DNA from: Rhina ancylostomus
Taxonomy: Eukaryota
Direction: 5' to 3'
DNA: 64,000 bases
NCBI GenBank assembly: GCA_030265395.1
Contig: JARFYF010000067.1
Span: 15,668,745 to 15,732,744 of the forward strand
The number at the start of each line of letters is the position of its first letter. Within the stretch, counting starts at the first letter, position 1. The notes under the pieces are model-generated. The model saw only the letters and a program-made list of their open reading frames with translations, was not told the DNA's origin and made no database searches. Shown here in pieces: positions 10,730 through 23,775 of the stretch. A program made the translations under genes and the position numbers.

Positions 10730-12728
10730 AGAAATTTCCAATAAACTTTATTTGTAACACGTCTGTGGTAACATTTGCAAATGACTGTTACAATTCCATT
10801 TAGCGGCACTGGTGCGACATATGCTTAAGGCACTTTTATAAAAATATACGTGTTGTAAATCCAAATAGTTTCTATAGCAAGAAAAATGGAGCAACTTCTC
10901 ACGTGAAACATAAATGTTGCAGCATTTAGAATGGAGAGATATTTTTCACTCTTTCAGCCCGGTGTGTGTTAGGAATGTACAACATCAAAAACAAATCAAA
11001 CTATGATCCCAAGTGAATAAAGGAGCATTTGTAGGATCTCCTGACACACCCAGTGCACATTGCACCCCTCACCAGATAGTGAATTTAAAACTGTGCAGTT
11101 TAAGCGTTAGCACATTTTCCAGTTTGTTTTTAATGTATTTTTTTTAAATTGGAGCCCAGAGCTCAATAAAAGATCAGGACTGGTCAGAGCAATCGGTTAC
11201 ATTATATATATAAAAAGAGAATCCATTTGTGATTTTCTTTCTTGATTATATTTTCCTGTTTAAATATATATTTGGTCCTTAAATGAATCACAGGAAATGA
11301 AGTCATTTTACAAATCCAGTATAACTATCAAAAACAGTTCCCGATACAGTTATGAAGCAATATTCATAAGATAAAAAATGAATATATATATCCATGCATT
11401 TCCTTTCAACAGTCTTTTTAGATGTCACTGCTCAAAAAAAACATCTGCAGAGGAGTCTTGGAACTAGCCAGGCTTGGCTGGTACCATTTGCTGTGCTGGA
11501 TGCTGCTTCTCTCAGTACCAGTACTGTACCCCAGTCATTTAGGGATCTGAAAAGGATCTGCCCCACACAAAGCACTTCTCAAATAACTGGCTTAGGTGGG
11601 AGCTGTAATGTTTTTATTCTGCCATGAGAACTGGCAGGACCAGTCAGAAGCTATCTTGTACAACAGTAGGAATTCCCATGAATGAAATGACCAGATTTCC
11701 ACACTAGATCACAGCCCATCTAAAAACAATTATTGACAACAAAGAAAATGGTGCATTGTCTTATTCTCTTCCAATAAAAAAAATGGAATGTTTTCCTAAG
11801 AGATTTAAAAAAACAGGATTGTCACATTTAATGAAAATGGAAAGATGCTGGGAATGCACACTGGCTTAGCTTCAGAGTAGGATAAAGAAACTGAATAGAC
11901 AGGTTTCCAGTTAGAAGTGATTATTTTCTGTTGCTTCCTGAGGCAATTAACATAATTACGAGAAATCTTTAAACTTCTGTTCTTAAATCCACTGAAATCT
12001 CTTGGGCAGTGATCAGGTAGCCTGCTGCAACTAGGAGTGACTCCAGATTCCAGGCAGCAAGACTTCAAGCATAAAATGAAGAAGTTCCATTTTATTGTAT
12101 AAAGAACTGCTTTGACACATCTGCAAGTGGACCTTCAATTCATCAGTTGGATCATGTATACAATCTTCACTGATGTCTGCGAGCTACTGAATTGTCTAAC
12201 ATTCTCTGCGTAAACCTAACCACATGGTTTAGTAGGATTGTCAAAGGAAGAGCTTTGTTTCTATGCCTAGACACTAGTTTCAATAGCCGTCGTCTAACAA
12301 AATGCTACATTCCTGAATCTAAAGACTAAAAAGGTAACCCAAAGTCAGCCAAATTAAACATTTAAAGCTAATGGAAAAGATTCCTCCACAAAGTTGACTC
12401 CAGGCCAAGTCAGATCACTAGCTGAGAAATGCAGAACTGTAATTAGAAAAATTAATCTACACAAGGATTAAATCATAATTTTTTCTTCTCTGGGTTGTGC
12501 TGCTGAATATATGAGCCCTATTCTTCCAGACAAACAGGTCTATACTAGAGCACATCACAAAATTATTCAGAAAGAATTTACATAAAGCTGAGGGGAAAGG
12601 AGACAGTGTGCCCTGATGTTGTAATTGGCTGCAGCATAAAATACACAGCTATGCATTTCATAAAACCTTAATAATAATTGGCCCAATTATGGCTCTTATA
12701 CTGCATGTAGGTTGGCGTTTTGGCAAAG
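10730..12728 (-). other. MYH9: 3' UTR (~2 kb)
   Basis: Repeat-poor, AU-rich stretch running from the stop codon to an AATAAA followed by U/GU-rich sequence. Confidence 0.7.
10747..10752 (-). terminator. Polyadenylation signal AATAAA (distal)
   Basis: TTTATT on the + strand; U/GU-rich sequence downstream on the minus strand (gtttattggaaatttcttgctgattttgtatgttt). Confidence 0.65.
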
Positions 12729-12840
12729 TTACTCTGCAGCTTTGGGATCACCGGCATCACTGCGACCTTCGGCATCATCATCTGAGATTTCATCCAGCTT
12801 TCTGCCTGTGCGGCGCACAGCATATGGCAGTTCCCCGCGT
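12729..12840 (-). CDS. MYH9: Terminal coding exon 41 equivalent (non-helical tailpiece, stop TAA)
   Basis: tag|RGELPYAVRRTGRKLDEISDDDAEGRSDAGDPKAAE*, similar to the human MYH9 tail RGDLPFVVPRR...SDEE...AKPAE. Confidence 0.92.
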
Positions 12841-14044
12841 CTACAATGAAACAGATCAAACAGAATTTCTCAGAGTTTATACCGAGTTGGCGAATGGAAA
12901 ATGGATTGTTTATCAGTTCTCTGTCTCTAGGAGAGAGTCAACTGCACCCAGCTCCAGGGAAAGAAACTCCTAAATTAGGATACTTAGAACTAGCAAAATA
13001 TTTTTACCTACAACATGGACTGAAGTCAAAAGCTGATTCCAAAAATACAATATCAAATTGACTAACTTCAACCTTCAATTATTTTCACAATTTATATTTT
13101 CTTGCAGTTGATTATGAGACAAAGTGGACTAAAAACTTGAAGATTTAATTAATGTCAATTCAGCCTTTAACCCTGATTGCCCAATTATACCACAAAAGAT
13201 CAGTATCTTAACCTTATGTATTCACTTCGGCTCCTCATTCTTTGATACCCAAATATGACCAAATTTGAAGATCTCCACTCACAGCCTTTAAGGTAATTTG
13301 AACTGCCTGCATTCTGAAAGTGTGCCTCTCAATTTTACTTGGGCATGGTCCAACTCTAAGACAGCACTTCTTTATGGATCCCATCACTGGAGGAAAGAAT
13401 TTCATTCTTCCCCTAATCCTAATTTTAATCATCTTGATCAGGTCAGCTCCAACCAAGGCCATATAAACCAAATTTATGTAAATTGCACTCAGTAGAGGGA
13501 TGATTCAGTCTGACCAAAATCAGTAAATCTTGAGTTTTATGAGAGATATTTTCTAATCCAATTCTCTCCATTTGAGTGCTTCAATTTATCAAATATCTAG
13601 ATAGCTGATGAAATCCAGAAAACTTTGACTCTGCAAACCATGACAATTCTCCTCTCTTCAAAGCCATGCTGAGTGGAGACTTGAAAGGTGGTTTAAGATA
13701 GTGAATCATGTCACCATAATGAAGACTTCGTTTCTCCCACTGTGAAACTTCCTGCAGCTTCAGACAGGCTTAACTTTTCCACTGATGGGGATGAACAAAT
13801 AACCCACTGAATGGAAATTTAAAAACTGAATCGTTTGTTGTAATCAAAAGAATGACTTACGAATTAAATAGATTTCATGTGTTCTTAGCTTACCTTTTCA
13901 GTCCAGAGTTCGCAGTCAGATTGATGTTACATTTCATAAATCTAGCACCTTTCCAATTGTTAAACCTTTATGCATTCCTCAATAATGTTTTATGGGCTCA
14001 CTGAACTGTTTCAGAATTAGTACTGGATAAAGCACTATTAGTAC

Positions 14045-14217
14045 CTCAGCTTGCTCTTGAGCGTGCTGACCTCACGGGTCATTGCATCTGCAGTTTCAGT
14101 AGTATCCTCTAGCTCTCTCTGCAGTTTTCTGCGGGAAGCATTGGCACGCTGGGCTTCCTCTTCTGCCTCTTCCAGTTGCCGTTTCAGCTGTTTCAGACGG
14201 GAATTGGCTTTCTCAAC
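14045..14217 (-). CDS. MYH9: Exon 40 equivalent (assembly competence region), 173 nt
   Basis: tag|[57 protein letters not shown](R)|gtac. Confidence 0.96.
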
Positions 14218-15972
14218 CTAGAAGATAAAGGTGAAATTGTCATTATTCCCGCACTCAACAAGCATGGAGCTTTCTTGGCCTGCTTTACTTCTGAGAGAGA
14301 CAACTAAAAACCAGTCTAAGAGGACATAAATTAACTCTATAATACTTTATCCACTACTTTTATTTTATTTCCTGATAGGCATTGTCACTAACATCCCTAT
14401 TTTCAGCCTGCACCCTGCTATGTTTTCCAAACTCCATCTCCCCTTCCTTCAGGATGCTCCTTATAAGGTCACTGCTTTGATAAAGTTTTGGCCTTCTCCT
14501 TAGCTTTGTGTCCTTTCTTTTTAAATGTACATCAATTTAAGGTTGCTTCATAAATGCCAGTTACTTTTGGATGGATGTTGCTGAGATTAAAGATATAGTA
14601 GAATTTATATGGAAACTTTCACAATCCAAAAGACTTCACAGATTGGCACTTAAAGTTGCAATGTAGGAGAAATGGCAGCAGAATTTGCAGATATCCAAGT
14701 GCTGGTCCCACAAACGGCATTAAGATAAATGACCAAGTAAACTATTTCAGTAATAATGTTTGAGGGATAAATAGATGTTTATTCACTTGACAGACTAGAC
14801 AGTACTACAGTTTAAAATATCAGCTTAAAGATAACCTGCAGTTTCTCCACCAGTTTTTATTTAACAACTTCCTGTGCCTCCTCTAACCTCATCAAGGTAG
14901 AGACAGCTAAGTGATTGGCACAAAGATAAAGGCTGCCTTTACTGTTTCCTTCCTTTTCCTAGGCCAACAGGCAGAAGTTCTGAATTCTGTTGCCTTAATC
15001 CTGAACACTCATTTCAGCAGGTTCATGCATCATCTATTTTGTTCCGAGCTCATCTCAAGATAAATCTTTTGCTACCCTTACTTAATTATGACCAAATTGT
15101 TGACCTGGCTGATTTTGTCAATGTTTCCTTCTCCTTGGATACCAATCCTTTTCCATCAAGTTTGTCATTCACCTCAAAAACATTCACCCCTTTGGTCTTG
15201 GAAACTACCGCCACATATACAGCTTACCTTTCCTCTCTGGAGCACTTGAACATGATGTTTTGCTGACAAAAATGCCCAATATTCAGTCTCTATTGCAAAA
15301 TAATACCATGAATGCGACAATGGTAAACTATCACTCTTCATCCAACTTAACCCATTGGTAGCCTTTGACACCATTGATCACAAAGCCAAGTGCAACTGCC
15401 TTTGTCCAGTATGCTTGGTTATCGAATCAGAGCCGATGTCTCACCTGAAACAACTATACCCTGTCATACACTTTCACCTCAAGTCTCAAAGTACAAATTC
15501 AACATTTACTCTCATAGCCAAGTTTTTCAACATGTCTCTAACACCAAGTTATCAGACTACTGTCCAACATCAGTTGGTTAAGCAGGGGTTCCTTCCAACT
15601 AGTCTGAAGGCAGTATTAAACCAGATCTTGCTGGCCCTGGCCTGCATCTTCACTCCCACCCCTTGGTCCCATGCCAATTCTGTGATAGGACAGGACTGGC
15701 CTTTAGCAGCCAAGTGGCTTCCTGCATCCTTGCTGTGACAGTCCTGCTAACGGCAACTAAGAGAGAAACCAAGACCCGACCCATGGGCAGCCCAGTGACC
15801 TTGTGACAATTCATACTGTCGTCTTGGAGGGAGGAGACAAGGCAGAGCTGTGCACTAACCATCTTGGACAGAGGTCTTAAAGTTGAACAAACATATTTCT
15901 GTCACAAAAAGATTAAGGAAAACAAATTAACTTATACACTGCTTAATAGGGCCACTAAAATCCGCAACAGAC

Positions 15973-16081
15973 CTGGTCTTTGTATTGATCAGAATTGCGT
16001 CTTTCATCTTCCATCTGCAGCATTGCCTCTTTCAGCCTCTTTTCTGAACGACGCAGCAGTTTACTGACAGCTTGTCTATCC
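15973..16081 (-). CDS. MYH9: Exon 39 equivalent, 109 nt
   Basis: cag|DRQAVSKLLRRSEKRLKEAMLQMEDERRNSDQYKDQ|gtctgt. Confidence 0.95.
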
Positions 16082-16699
16082 CTGTTTAGACAGTACATTA
16101 AAAGTTAGTGTCGTGTTCCTTNNNNNNNNNNNNNNNNNNNNNNNNNNNNNNNNNNNNNNNNNNNNNNNNNNNNNNNNNNNNNNNNNNNNNNNNNNNNNNN
16201 NNNNNNNNNNNNNNNNNNNNNCCCCCCCCCCCCCAACGCAAGTTGCTCGCCCCGACTCAAGATCAACAGGTGCCAACAACCCTTGCACTTCAACCACAAG
16301 ATTATGTGTGCAAGTCCTGGCAACATGGATAGGCTACTGATCTTTGGAATGTAACAGGAAAACCCAGTTAATTTCTACCCAAGTATGGTTTCACAGTCAA
16401 ATCTCCCAGGGGTTACTGAAGAACATTACACTTGAGGTCATACATTCCTTAAACCAGCTGTGCCATCCAATAGGATAATCTGCGCTGTACCAGGTCTGAG
16501 ATTCAATGGCTGATCTGATCATTGCCTCAGCTTCAGTTGCTCAACTATAAACTCTCCTACATTCCAAAAATCAGTCTTAGCTTTGTTCTGAGCCACTGAA
16601 TATATTCAGAGTGTATTGCTAGTTGATATTCTTTCTCAATCTTAGCAATGGCCCAATTCCAACCCAACTATGTTAAATGATAGATATTAATTATTAAAC

Positions 16700-18700
16700 A
16701 AGGGGCCTTTCTACACAACATAGCTCAGCTCCACATTGACAGAACAGATGATTTTTAAAATATGATGGCAATTTCTGTCTCTACCATCTTTTCAGGCAGA
16801 GAGTTCTAAACCTGACTATTCCCTGAATGAAAATATCTCATCTTTTGTTTAATCTTTCTGACAATTACTCCAAATTTATACCCTGATTTGATTCTTCTGC
16901 TAAAGGGAAAAAAATTGGTTTCCTTCCCATGAAATCTGGACACCCCTCTATTTTATATGCCTTAGTTAAATCTCACCTCAGCCTCAAATTCAAACTAGAG
17001 TAGCCTCTAGATTTTTCCTTAGAATAACTATTTTCCAATCCTAACACCATCATTGCAAACCTCCTCTGCACACTCCAGTGCAATCACATCTTCCCTGTGA
17101 TAATGGTAACCAGAAGTGTATATAGTGCTCAAGATGTGGTCTAACTAATATTGTATACAGCTCTAGCATAACCTCCCTGCTCTTAAATTCTATGCTTTGA
17201 ATGATAAAGGAATCCTGTAAAGCTTTTTAAACACTCTTATTGATTGGTACTATCTTTATGGATTTGTCAGCATACAGGCCAAGTTTATTTTAGCGTCCAC
17301 ACCATTCAATATCCTGCCTGTTTTTTATTTATCCTTACATTGTTGCATCTACCAAATGTATTATTTTACACCTCTCTAGATTCAATTTTATCTGCTATTT
17401 TTCTGCTCAACATACCAAACATCTAACATCAATGCACTCCTTGTAGTACCTCAATGCACTGTTGTCATGAAATGATCTGTATGGATGGCACGCAAAACAA
17501 AGTTTTTTTTTTACTGTACCTCAGTACATGTGACAACAATACACCAATTCCAATCTTCCTGCATTTAAAGCTTTCCACTCTTCTGTCAACCACATGGCTA
17601 ATTTTTTGTACCATCTGCAAGCTTTTGTAATGCTTTCTACACTTAAACCACTACAGTACAAAAAAGCAAGGAACTATGGGATTCCATAGATAAGTCTCCA
17701 AGTTACTAAAATACCCATCAACCATTATCCTTTGCTTCTTGTACCGTCAATTTCAGATCCAATCTGCTATTTCTTTGATCTTGCAGGCTTTTTTCCTGCC
17801 CAGCTTTCTATGTAGGACCTTGTTAAAAGGCTTGCTAAAATCCCTGTAGACTACATTTAACACACCATCCTCATAGATGTTGGCTCAAAAAAAATGCAGT
17901 CACTGGTTAGATATGACATTTCCATAAACAAATCTCTGCTAACTGCCCCCAATTAATCTATGCCTTCCTAAATGAAGGTTTACATTGTTCCCTAAAATGG
18001 ATTTCAGTAATTCGCTTTCCATCGTAGTTTAACTACGAGCCAGTTAGTTTGTTTATTCTTTTCTCTCCTTTTAAACAGGAGCACAACACTAGCAGTTGTA
18101 CAATTCAAGGACAGCCTGGGACTTGCTATATTCGGACCTGGTGATTTATCCTCTTACTATTATTGCATGCGTGCTCCTAAACTACAACATCATCCCGCTC
18201 TTTTATTGTGAAGATGGCTGACCAGTTTTCATTTAGAATTGTATCTTTCATCTCTACACAGGTTACCTTAGAGGATCCTGATGGTCCCTATTCTTTCCTA
18301 GGTTATTCTCTTGCTCATCATGGATTATCAAACATCATTGAATTTTCTATTACTTAACTAATTTTTCATACCATCTCCTTACTTTCCTAATTTCACTAAA
18401 TTTTCTACACTCCTCTCAGCTTTCTGTAAAGCTCTTGATGTCCCATGCATTTTTTATTTGCCCCATCTTACCCTCATGAACTTCTTCATCCAGAGGTTCT
18501 GGGTTTGGCAGGGCACTCTCCCTTTTGTTACCTTGAACCCACTGAATCTTTTTTAAATGCTTCTCACTGCTCGAATACTGATATGCCCAAGTTGCCATTT
18601 CCAGTTCATTTTTGCTAAATCAGTTCTCAATTGGCTTTACCCAATTTAAAATCTTCAGCCATTTCCATAACTATACTAAATTAACTATGTTAAATGGCAA
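16700..18700 (-). mobile_element. Heavily decayed CR1-like LINE body
   Basis: Long antisense stretch with CR1 ORF2-like sequence (e.g. ggtaaccagaagtgtatatagtgctcaagatgtggtctaactaat); no intact ORF. Confidence 0.5.
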
Positions 18701-18990
18701 CATTTCCTCAAAACCATCTTGTAGACTGAGTGAGGCCATCTGTAGTTGGGCCAGATTATGGGCTTTACTTGCTTGGAATATTTAGCTTAGTTTTAAAAAC
18801 ATTTNNNNNNNNNNNNNNNNNNNNNNNNNNNNNNNNNNNNNNNNNNNNNNNNNNNNNNNNNNNNNNNNNNNNNNNNNNNNNNNNNNNNNNNNNNNNNNNN
18901 NNNNTTGGAATATTTAGCTTAGTTTTAAAAACATTCCTTGATCACTCTTTCTATATAAAAAAGTACCCTCTAGTTCTAATTTATTTGTAC

Positions 18991-19199
18991 CGTGTTTCTG
19001 CATCAAGTTGTTCCTCTAACTGAGTGATCTTTGCTTCCAGTGCTGCAAGGTTTGCCTTGTACTTGGACCTGACAGCATTTTCCATCTCCTGCAACTTGGC
19101 TTTCAGCTCCTTGTTCTGACGATCTAGTTGCTGGCGAGCATTTTCTGCCTTCTGAGCATTGCTACGTTCAGCAGAAAGATCTGCATTTATTTGATCAAC
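18991..19199 (-). CDS. MYH9: Exon 38 equivalent, 209 nt
   Basis: cag|[40 protein letters not shown]...LEEQLDAET(R)|gtac. Confidence 0.96.
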
Positions 19200-19674
19200 C
19201 TGTTCAGCAAAATTAATAGGAAAGCAAAATACTTTTAGCTTTAGGTCCAACTTGAGTTTTGAGATTACAGAGCAAAACTCCTTTGACTAACCTTCCCTAT
19301 AGAATTCTCACAAACTATTTTGACAAATATATATCCAAAGGACAGGGGAACCTCACCTATATTGTTTCAGTGTATCAGAATTTAGGTTCAGGAAATCACA
19401 TCAGCTAATTCTCAAGTGAAGATTTGTATTATTAAAAAAAATACAATGGTGAACACAAGGTTTTAAAAAATTGCAATCTGAGTTTTACAATGCCTACCTG
19501 ACTGTAGAAACTGTACAACCCATACACATCTACAAGTGAAGCTCCACTCATCATAAATCAATTTCTCACATTAATGAACAATAAAACTGAAGTTTACATT
19601 CTGGGAACCGACTGGCATTTATGAAATACATACAGTAAAATCAAGCTTAATGCCCAGTTTTGAAAATGAATTTG

Positions 19675-19805
19675 GGATGGCACAATGACATATCTAATAC
19701 AAAAAGGAGCTTCACAGTTCCAGCGACCTGGATTTAATCATGACCTCTGACGCTGTCTCGTGGAGTTTACACACTCTCACTGTGGCTGCATGGGTTTCAT
19801 CCCAC
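19675..19805 (+). mobile_element. V-SINE 5' part, truncated by an assembly gap
   Basis: gggatggcacaatg head; ggagtttacacactctcactgtggctgcatgggtttc V-domain. Confidence 0.55.
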
Positions 19806-20288
19806 NNNNNNNNNNNNNNNNNNNNNNNNNNNNNNNNNNNNNNNNNNNNNNNNNNNNNNNNNNNNNNNNNNNNNNNNNNNNNNNNNNNNNNNNNNNNNNN
19901 NNNNNNNNNNNNNNNNNNNNNNNNNNNNNNNNNNNNNNNNNNNNNNNNNNNNNNNNNNNNNNNNNNNNNNNNNNNNNNNNNNNNNNNNNNNNNNNNNNNN
20001 NNNNNNNNNNNNNNNNNNNNNNNNNNNNNNNNNNNNNNNNNNNNNNNNNNNNNNNNNNNNNNNNNNNNNNNNNNNNNNNNNNNNNNNNNNNNNNNNNNNN
20101 NNNNNNNNNNNNNNNNNNNNNNNNNNNNNNNNNNNNNNNNNNNNNNNNNNNNNNNNNNNNNNNNNNNNNNNNNNNNNNNNNNNNNNNNNNNNNNNNNNNN
20201 NNNNNNATGCCTGGTGAAAACAATTTATGACTTTCAGCATTGTTTGACCTGCACAGTGGAATTCACATCATAGTAACAGGGGACTCAC

Positions 20289-20412
20289 CTGAAGGTTGGC
20301 CTTCTTGAGTCTATCATTGGCCATTTCAGCATTTGTTTGCTCTTCTTCAACTTCTTCTTCCAGCTGAGCAATCCTGGCCTCAAGACGTCTCTTCTCATCC
20401 AGAGCCAAAGAT
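20289..20412 (-). CDS. MYH9: Exon 37 equivalent, 124 nt
   Basis: tag|[41 protein letters not shown]|gtgagt. Confidence 0.96.
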
Positions 20413-21857
20413 CTACATTTTTAAAAAAAGTCCAAGCATTGGTTTAAAACAAGTCCTTCAAAAGCAATAGTTTCCATACTCAAGTAAAACTAATGCAACA
20501 AAGTTAAAGCCTGGTCAGAAAACGTTTGAGTATATTCCAAGCTCATTATCATCCTCACAAATTAACTCCTGCTTACTCTTACTTCATCCAGGATATCAGT
20601 TTTCAATCCTGATTCTAGCTACCTGTGGGTGTTTTTTCAAAAATTATTTTTGTGTTATGCAAGTACAAGTTGCCCTACTTAAGTGAATGCAATTTAAGTG
20701 AATGAGTGCTTTAATGATTCTGTGGCATGTTTGCCTCGTTGGCTTTCAATGAGAGCCAAGCAGCACTAAAAGCTTGAGAATCTGCTGCCATTCACAAATG
20801 AATAAGGTCATTTGCGTCAATGATACATATGGGGTAGCAAGGAGACACTGCGAAATACAAGATGTTGAAACCACAAATGAAACTGACTAGTACCAGTATA
20901 GTCAGGATTGCTAACAGGAAAAACTCAACCTGAAATAAAGTCTACATCTCTAAGTTCTATCTAGGTCAAGACAGTACCTTGAAAAACTACATACCTACTG
21001 GGACCAGACACCACATTATTCAATCTGCTAGAATATTCATAGTTTTAATCCATCACTCAAAGTGTCTCCACTCTCTTCATCCTGAGTAGAAAGCTTTCAA
21101 GGAAATACCCAGCAAATAATATAAAAGTATATAAAAAGGCATGGAGAGAACTTAAGTATGGTCTGAAATGCAACAAGTGACATTCACGCCACACAGGTAG
21201 CTGGTAATACCCATTTCTAAGAGAATCAAATTACCTCTCCTTTTGATGGAATCTTCATTGCTGGAAATCTCACAGCCAATATTTCAATCTTTGAGGGAAG
21301 CTATCATTATAAGAAAATTAACTGGGGCAGTCACATAACCACTGTAGTTAAAGGAGCACATCAGAAGGAAGGAGCACATCAGAAGGGTGAGAAAAATCAC
21401 CACTTAATTCTTCATCTGTTTAGCATCCAATAAGGCAATTCAAGATTGTGATAAGATAAATCTCCATTTGTTCAGTGGAGTGAGCTTTAATAATTGAGAA
21501 ACTCATCATCAAGGTCAAAGTAGCCATGTGACTGGCACTCCCTCCACTAGTGATGCAGCATGACTGCAGTTCTCAGTACTTGAAAGCACCCACCAGATCC
21601 AGACTTCAACAGTCAAGAAGGGCAAAGACAACAAGTGCATGAAAACCTTACCACCTGCAAGGTTTCCAAGTTACAGACCATCTTGATGTCGAAATAGGAA
21701 GATTCTGAAACTCACCTAGAGGGCTGAGTATCTTGCAGTAATTCACTAATATTTTCAAGAACAATTAAAGAGAAGAAGGCTGGCCTAGCCAGTGACACTC
21801 CAATCCCCATAAGAATAAAAGTGAAAGAGTGAAGCTCTATTTAATAGAAGCGCATAC

Positions 21858-21946
21858 TTTCCAGAACTGTTGCTTGCAATCTCCTCAGCTAGTTCATCTC
21901 TCTCCTGCTGTATCTGACGTTTTGCACGCTCGGCTGCAGCAAGATC
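21858..21946 (-). CDS. MYH9: Exon 36 equivalent, 89 nt
   Basis: tag|[29 protein letters not shown](K)|gtatg. Confidence 0.95.
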
Positions 21947-23117
21947 CTAGTTAATCAAAAGGATCAAAAATTATTCTCATTGTTAGCTAAAGTTATATAA
22001 CTATTCACGTTACTTGCATAAAACTACATTGAAATAAATCTGAAATGTGTATCATAAAAGGTATTCTCCACATGCAATTCATTTATTCCTGTGGAACAAG
22101 TACAAATTTTCCCAGTCCAACTCCAGACACAACTATGGGCTTTCGCTTAAATTGAGGTATTCTTTGACTGCACATCACTGTGCTACTTAAACATACTCAA
22201 GACATGATTTTACAAAGACACAAACTATTTGCATGGATAATGTACCACGCAGAACATAGTTGTGAACAAGTTACACAAGTTTAAAGGCTTTTGTACAGTT
22301 TAATTTTTTCTTGTTGAAAATCTACTCCATGAACCAGTATTTTATTTTTAAAACCAGGACTTTGACTATACCTCAGATATGAATACTATCTTGGTGTTGT
22401 ATTTGACAGCATACCTTCATCACTTAAATCACCAATTTTAACCCATTACATGTCTGACTTAATCAGGTTCAGCTTATCTGATTCCAGAACAGACATCCAT
22501 ACCTTTATTACATCTAGATCCAATGTACACCTGGGCAGCCTCTTTCATTCACCATCTGTTAACTTAAAATTATCCAAAACTGAGTCCCAACCCCACAGAT
22601 GGCTTCAATCCTTTACCCATCCTTGCTGTTTAACACCTAACACTGATTTAGAATACTCATTTTCAAATCCCTCAATTGCCTTGCCCATCTGTCAGTGCCA
22701 CGTACACCAGCTTTCAACCCTCTCACATCAGCACTCTCCCAAATCTAACCTCCTTTACATACCCAAATTTAATCATGCCATTCGTAGCTATATATTAAGC
22801 AGAAGTCCTAAAGCTCAGGATTTTTTTCTAAATCCTTCCATCATCCTTAAAATATTCCTTAAATCACGTTTGACCAAGCTGTTCTAATCTGTCTTAATGT
22901 TTCCATCTTCGACTCAGTTGAGCTTTACACGATAGTGCTCTTGTGAAACAGTGTGGGGCTTTTTGCTACTTGAATATTACTTAATATAAATTGCTGTAAC
23001 TTCCAGATTAGAAGGTACATTTTCATATCATTCAACCTCAATGTCAATGAAAATGTCCACATTTCCAAAATTACAGATTATACGTTATTTGGAGCACTCA
23101 CTATTGAGTAGATTATC

Positions 23118-23775
23118 CACAAGACATAAGAGTAGTATTAGGGCATTTGGCCCATCGAATCTGCTCCGCCATTCAATCACGGCTGATTTATTTTTTCCCT
23201 CTCAACCCCATTCTCCTGCCTTCGCCCTGTAACCTTTGATGCCCTCACTAATCAAGAGCCTTATCAACATCCACTTTAAATATACCTAATGACTTGGCCT
23301 CCACTGCCATCTGTGGCAATGAATTCCACAGATGCACCACCCTCTGGCTAAATTCCTCCTCATCTTAGTTTTAAAGGGACATCCTCTGAGACTGTGCCCT
23401 CTGGTCCTAGACTCTCCCAATACTGGGGACATCATCTTCATGTCCACTCTGTCCAGGCCTTTCAATATTTGGTAGGTTTCAATGAGATCCCCCTCATCCT
23501 TCTAAACTCTAGTGAGTACAGGCCCAGAGCCATCCAATGCTCCTCATGCATTAACCCTTTCATTCCTGGGATCATTCTCATAATCCTCCTCCAGACTCCC
23601 TCTAATGCCAGCACATCCTTCCTTGGATATGGGGCCTAAAACTGCTACAATACTCCAAATGTAGTCTTACCTAATGCCTTATAAAGCCCCAGCATTCATC
23701 CTTGCATTTATATTCTAGAAATAAATCTTGAAATGAATGCTAACATTGCATTTGCCTTTCTTACTACTGACTCCT
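23118..23775 (-). mobile_element. CR1-like LINE 3' fragment
   Basis: cacaagacataagag...ggcccatcgaatctgctccgccattcaatcacggctg tail plus ORF2 C-terminal remnant. Confidence 0.8.

Noticed and set aside
13736-13760. CAG GAA GTT TCA CAG TGG (QEVSQW) resembling the MYH11 SM2 tail exon QETSQ*
   Set aside because: No acceptor places it in frame with exon 40 and it has no stop; most likely coincidence.
19740-20273. Long ORFs of 147-177 aa in the ORF track
   Set aside because: Almost entirely X residues from a ~400-N gap.
21351-21386. 18-bp tandem duplication (aaggagcacatcagaagg x2), and a 13-bp one near 49781-49809, as possible CRISPR-like or regulatory arrays
   Set aside because: Only two adjacent units with no spacers; ordinary slippage duplications in vertebrate intronic DNA.
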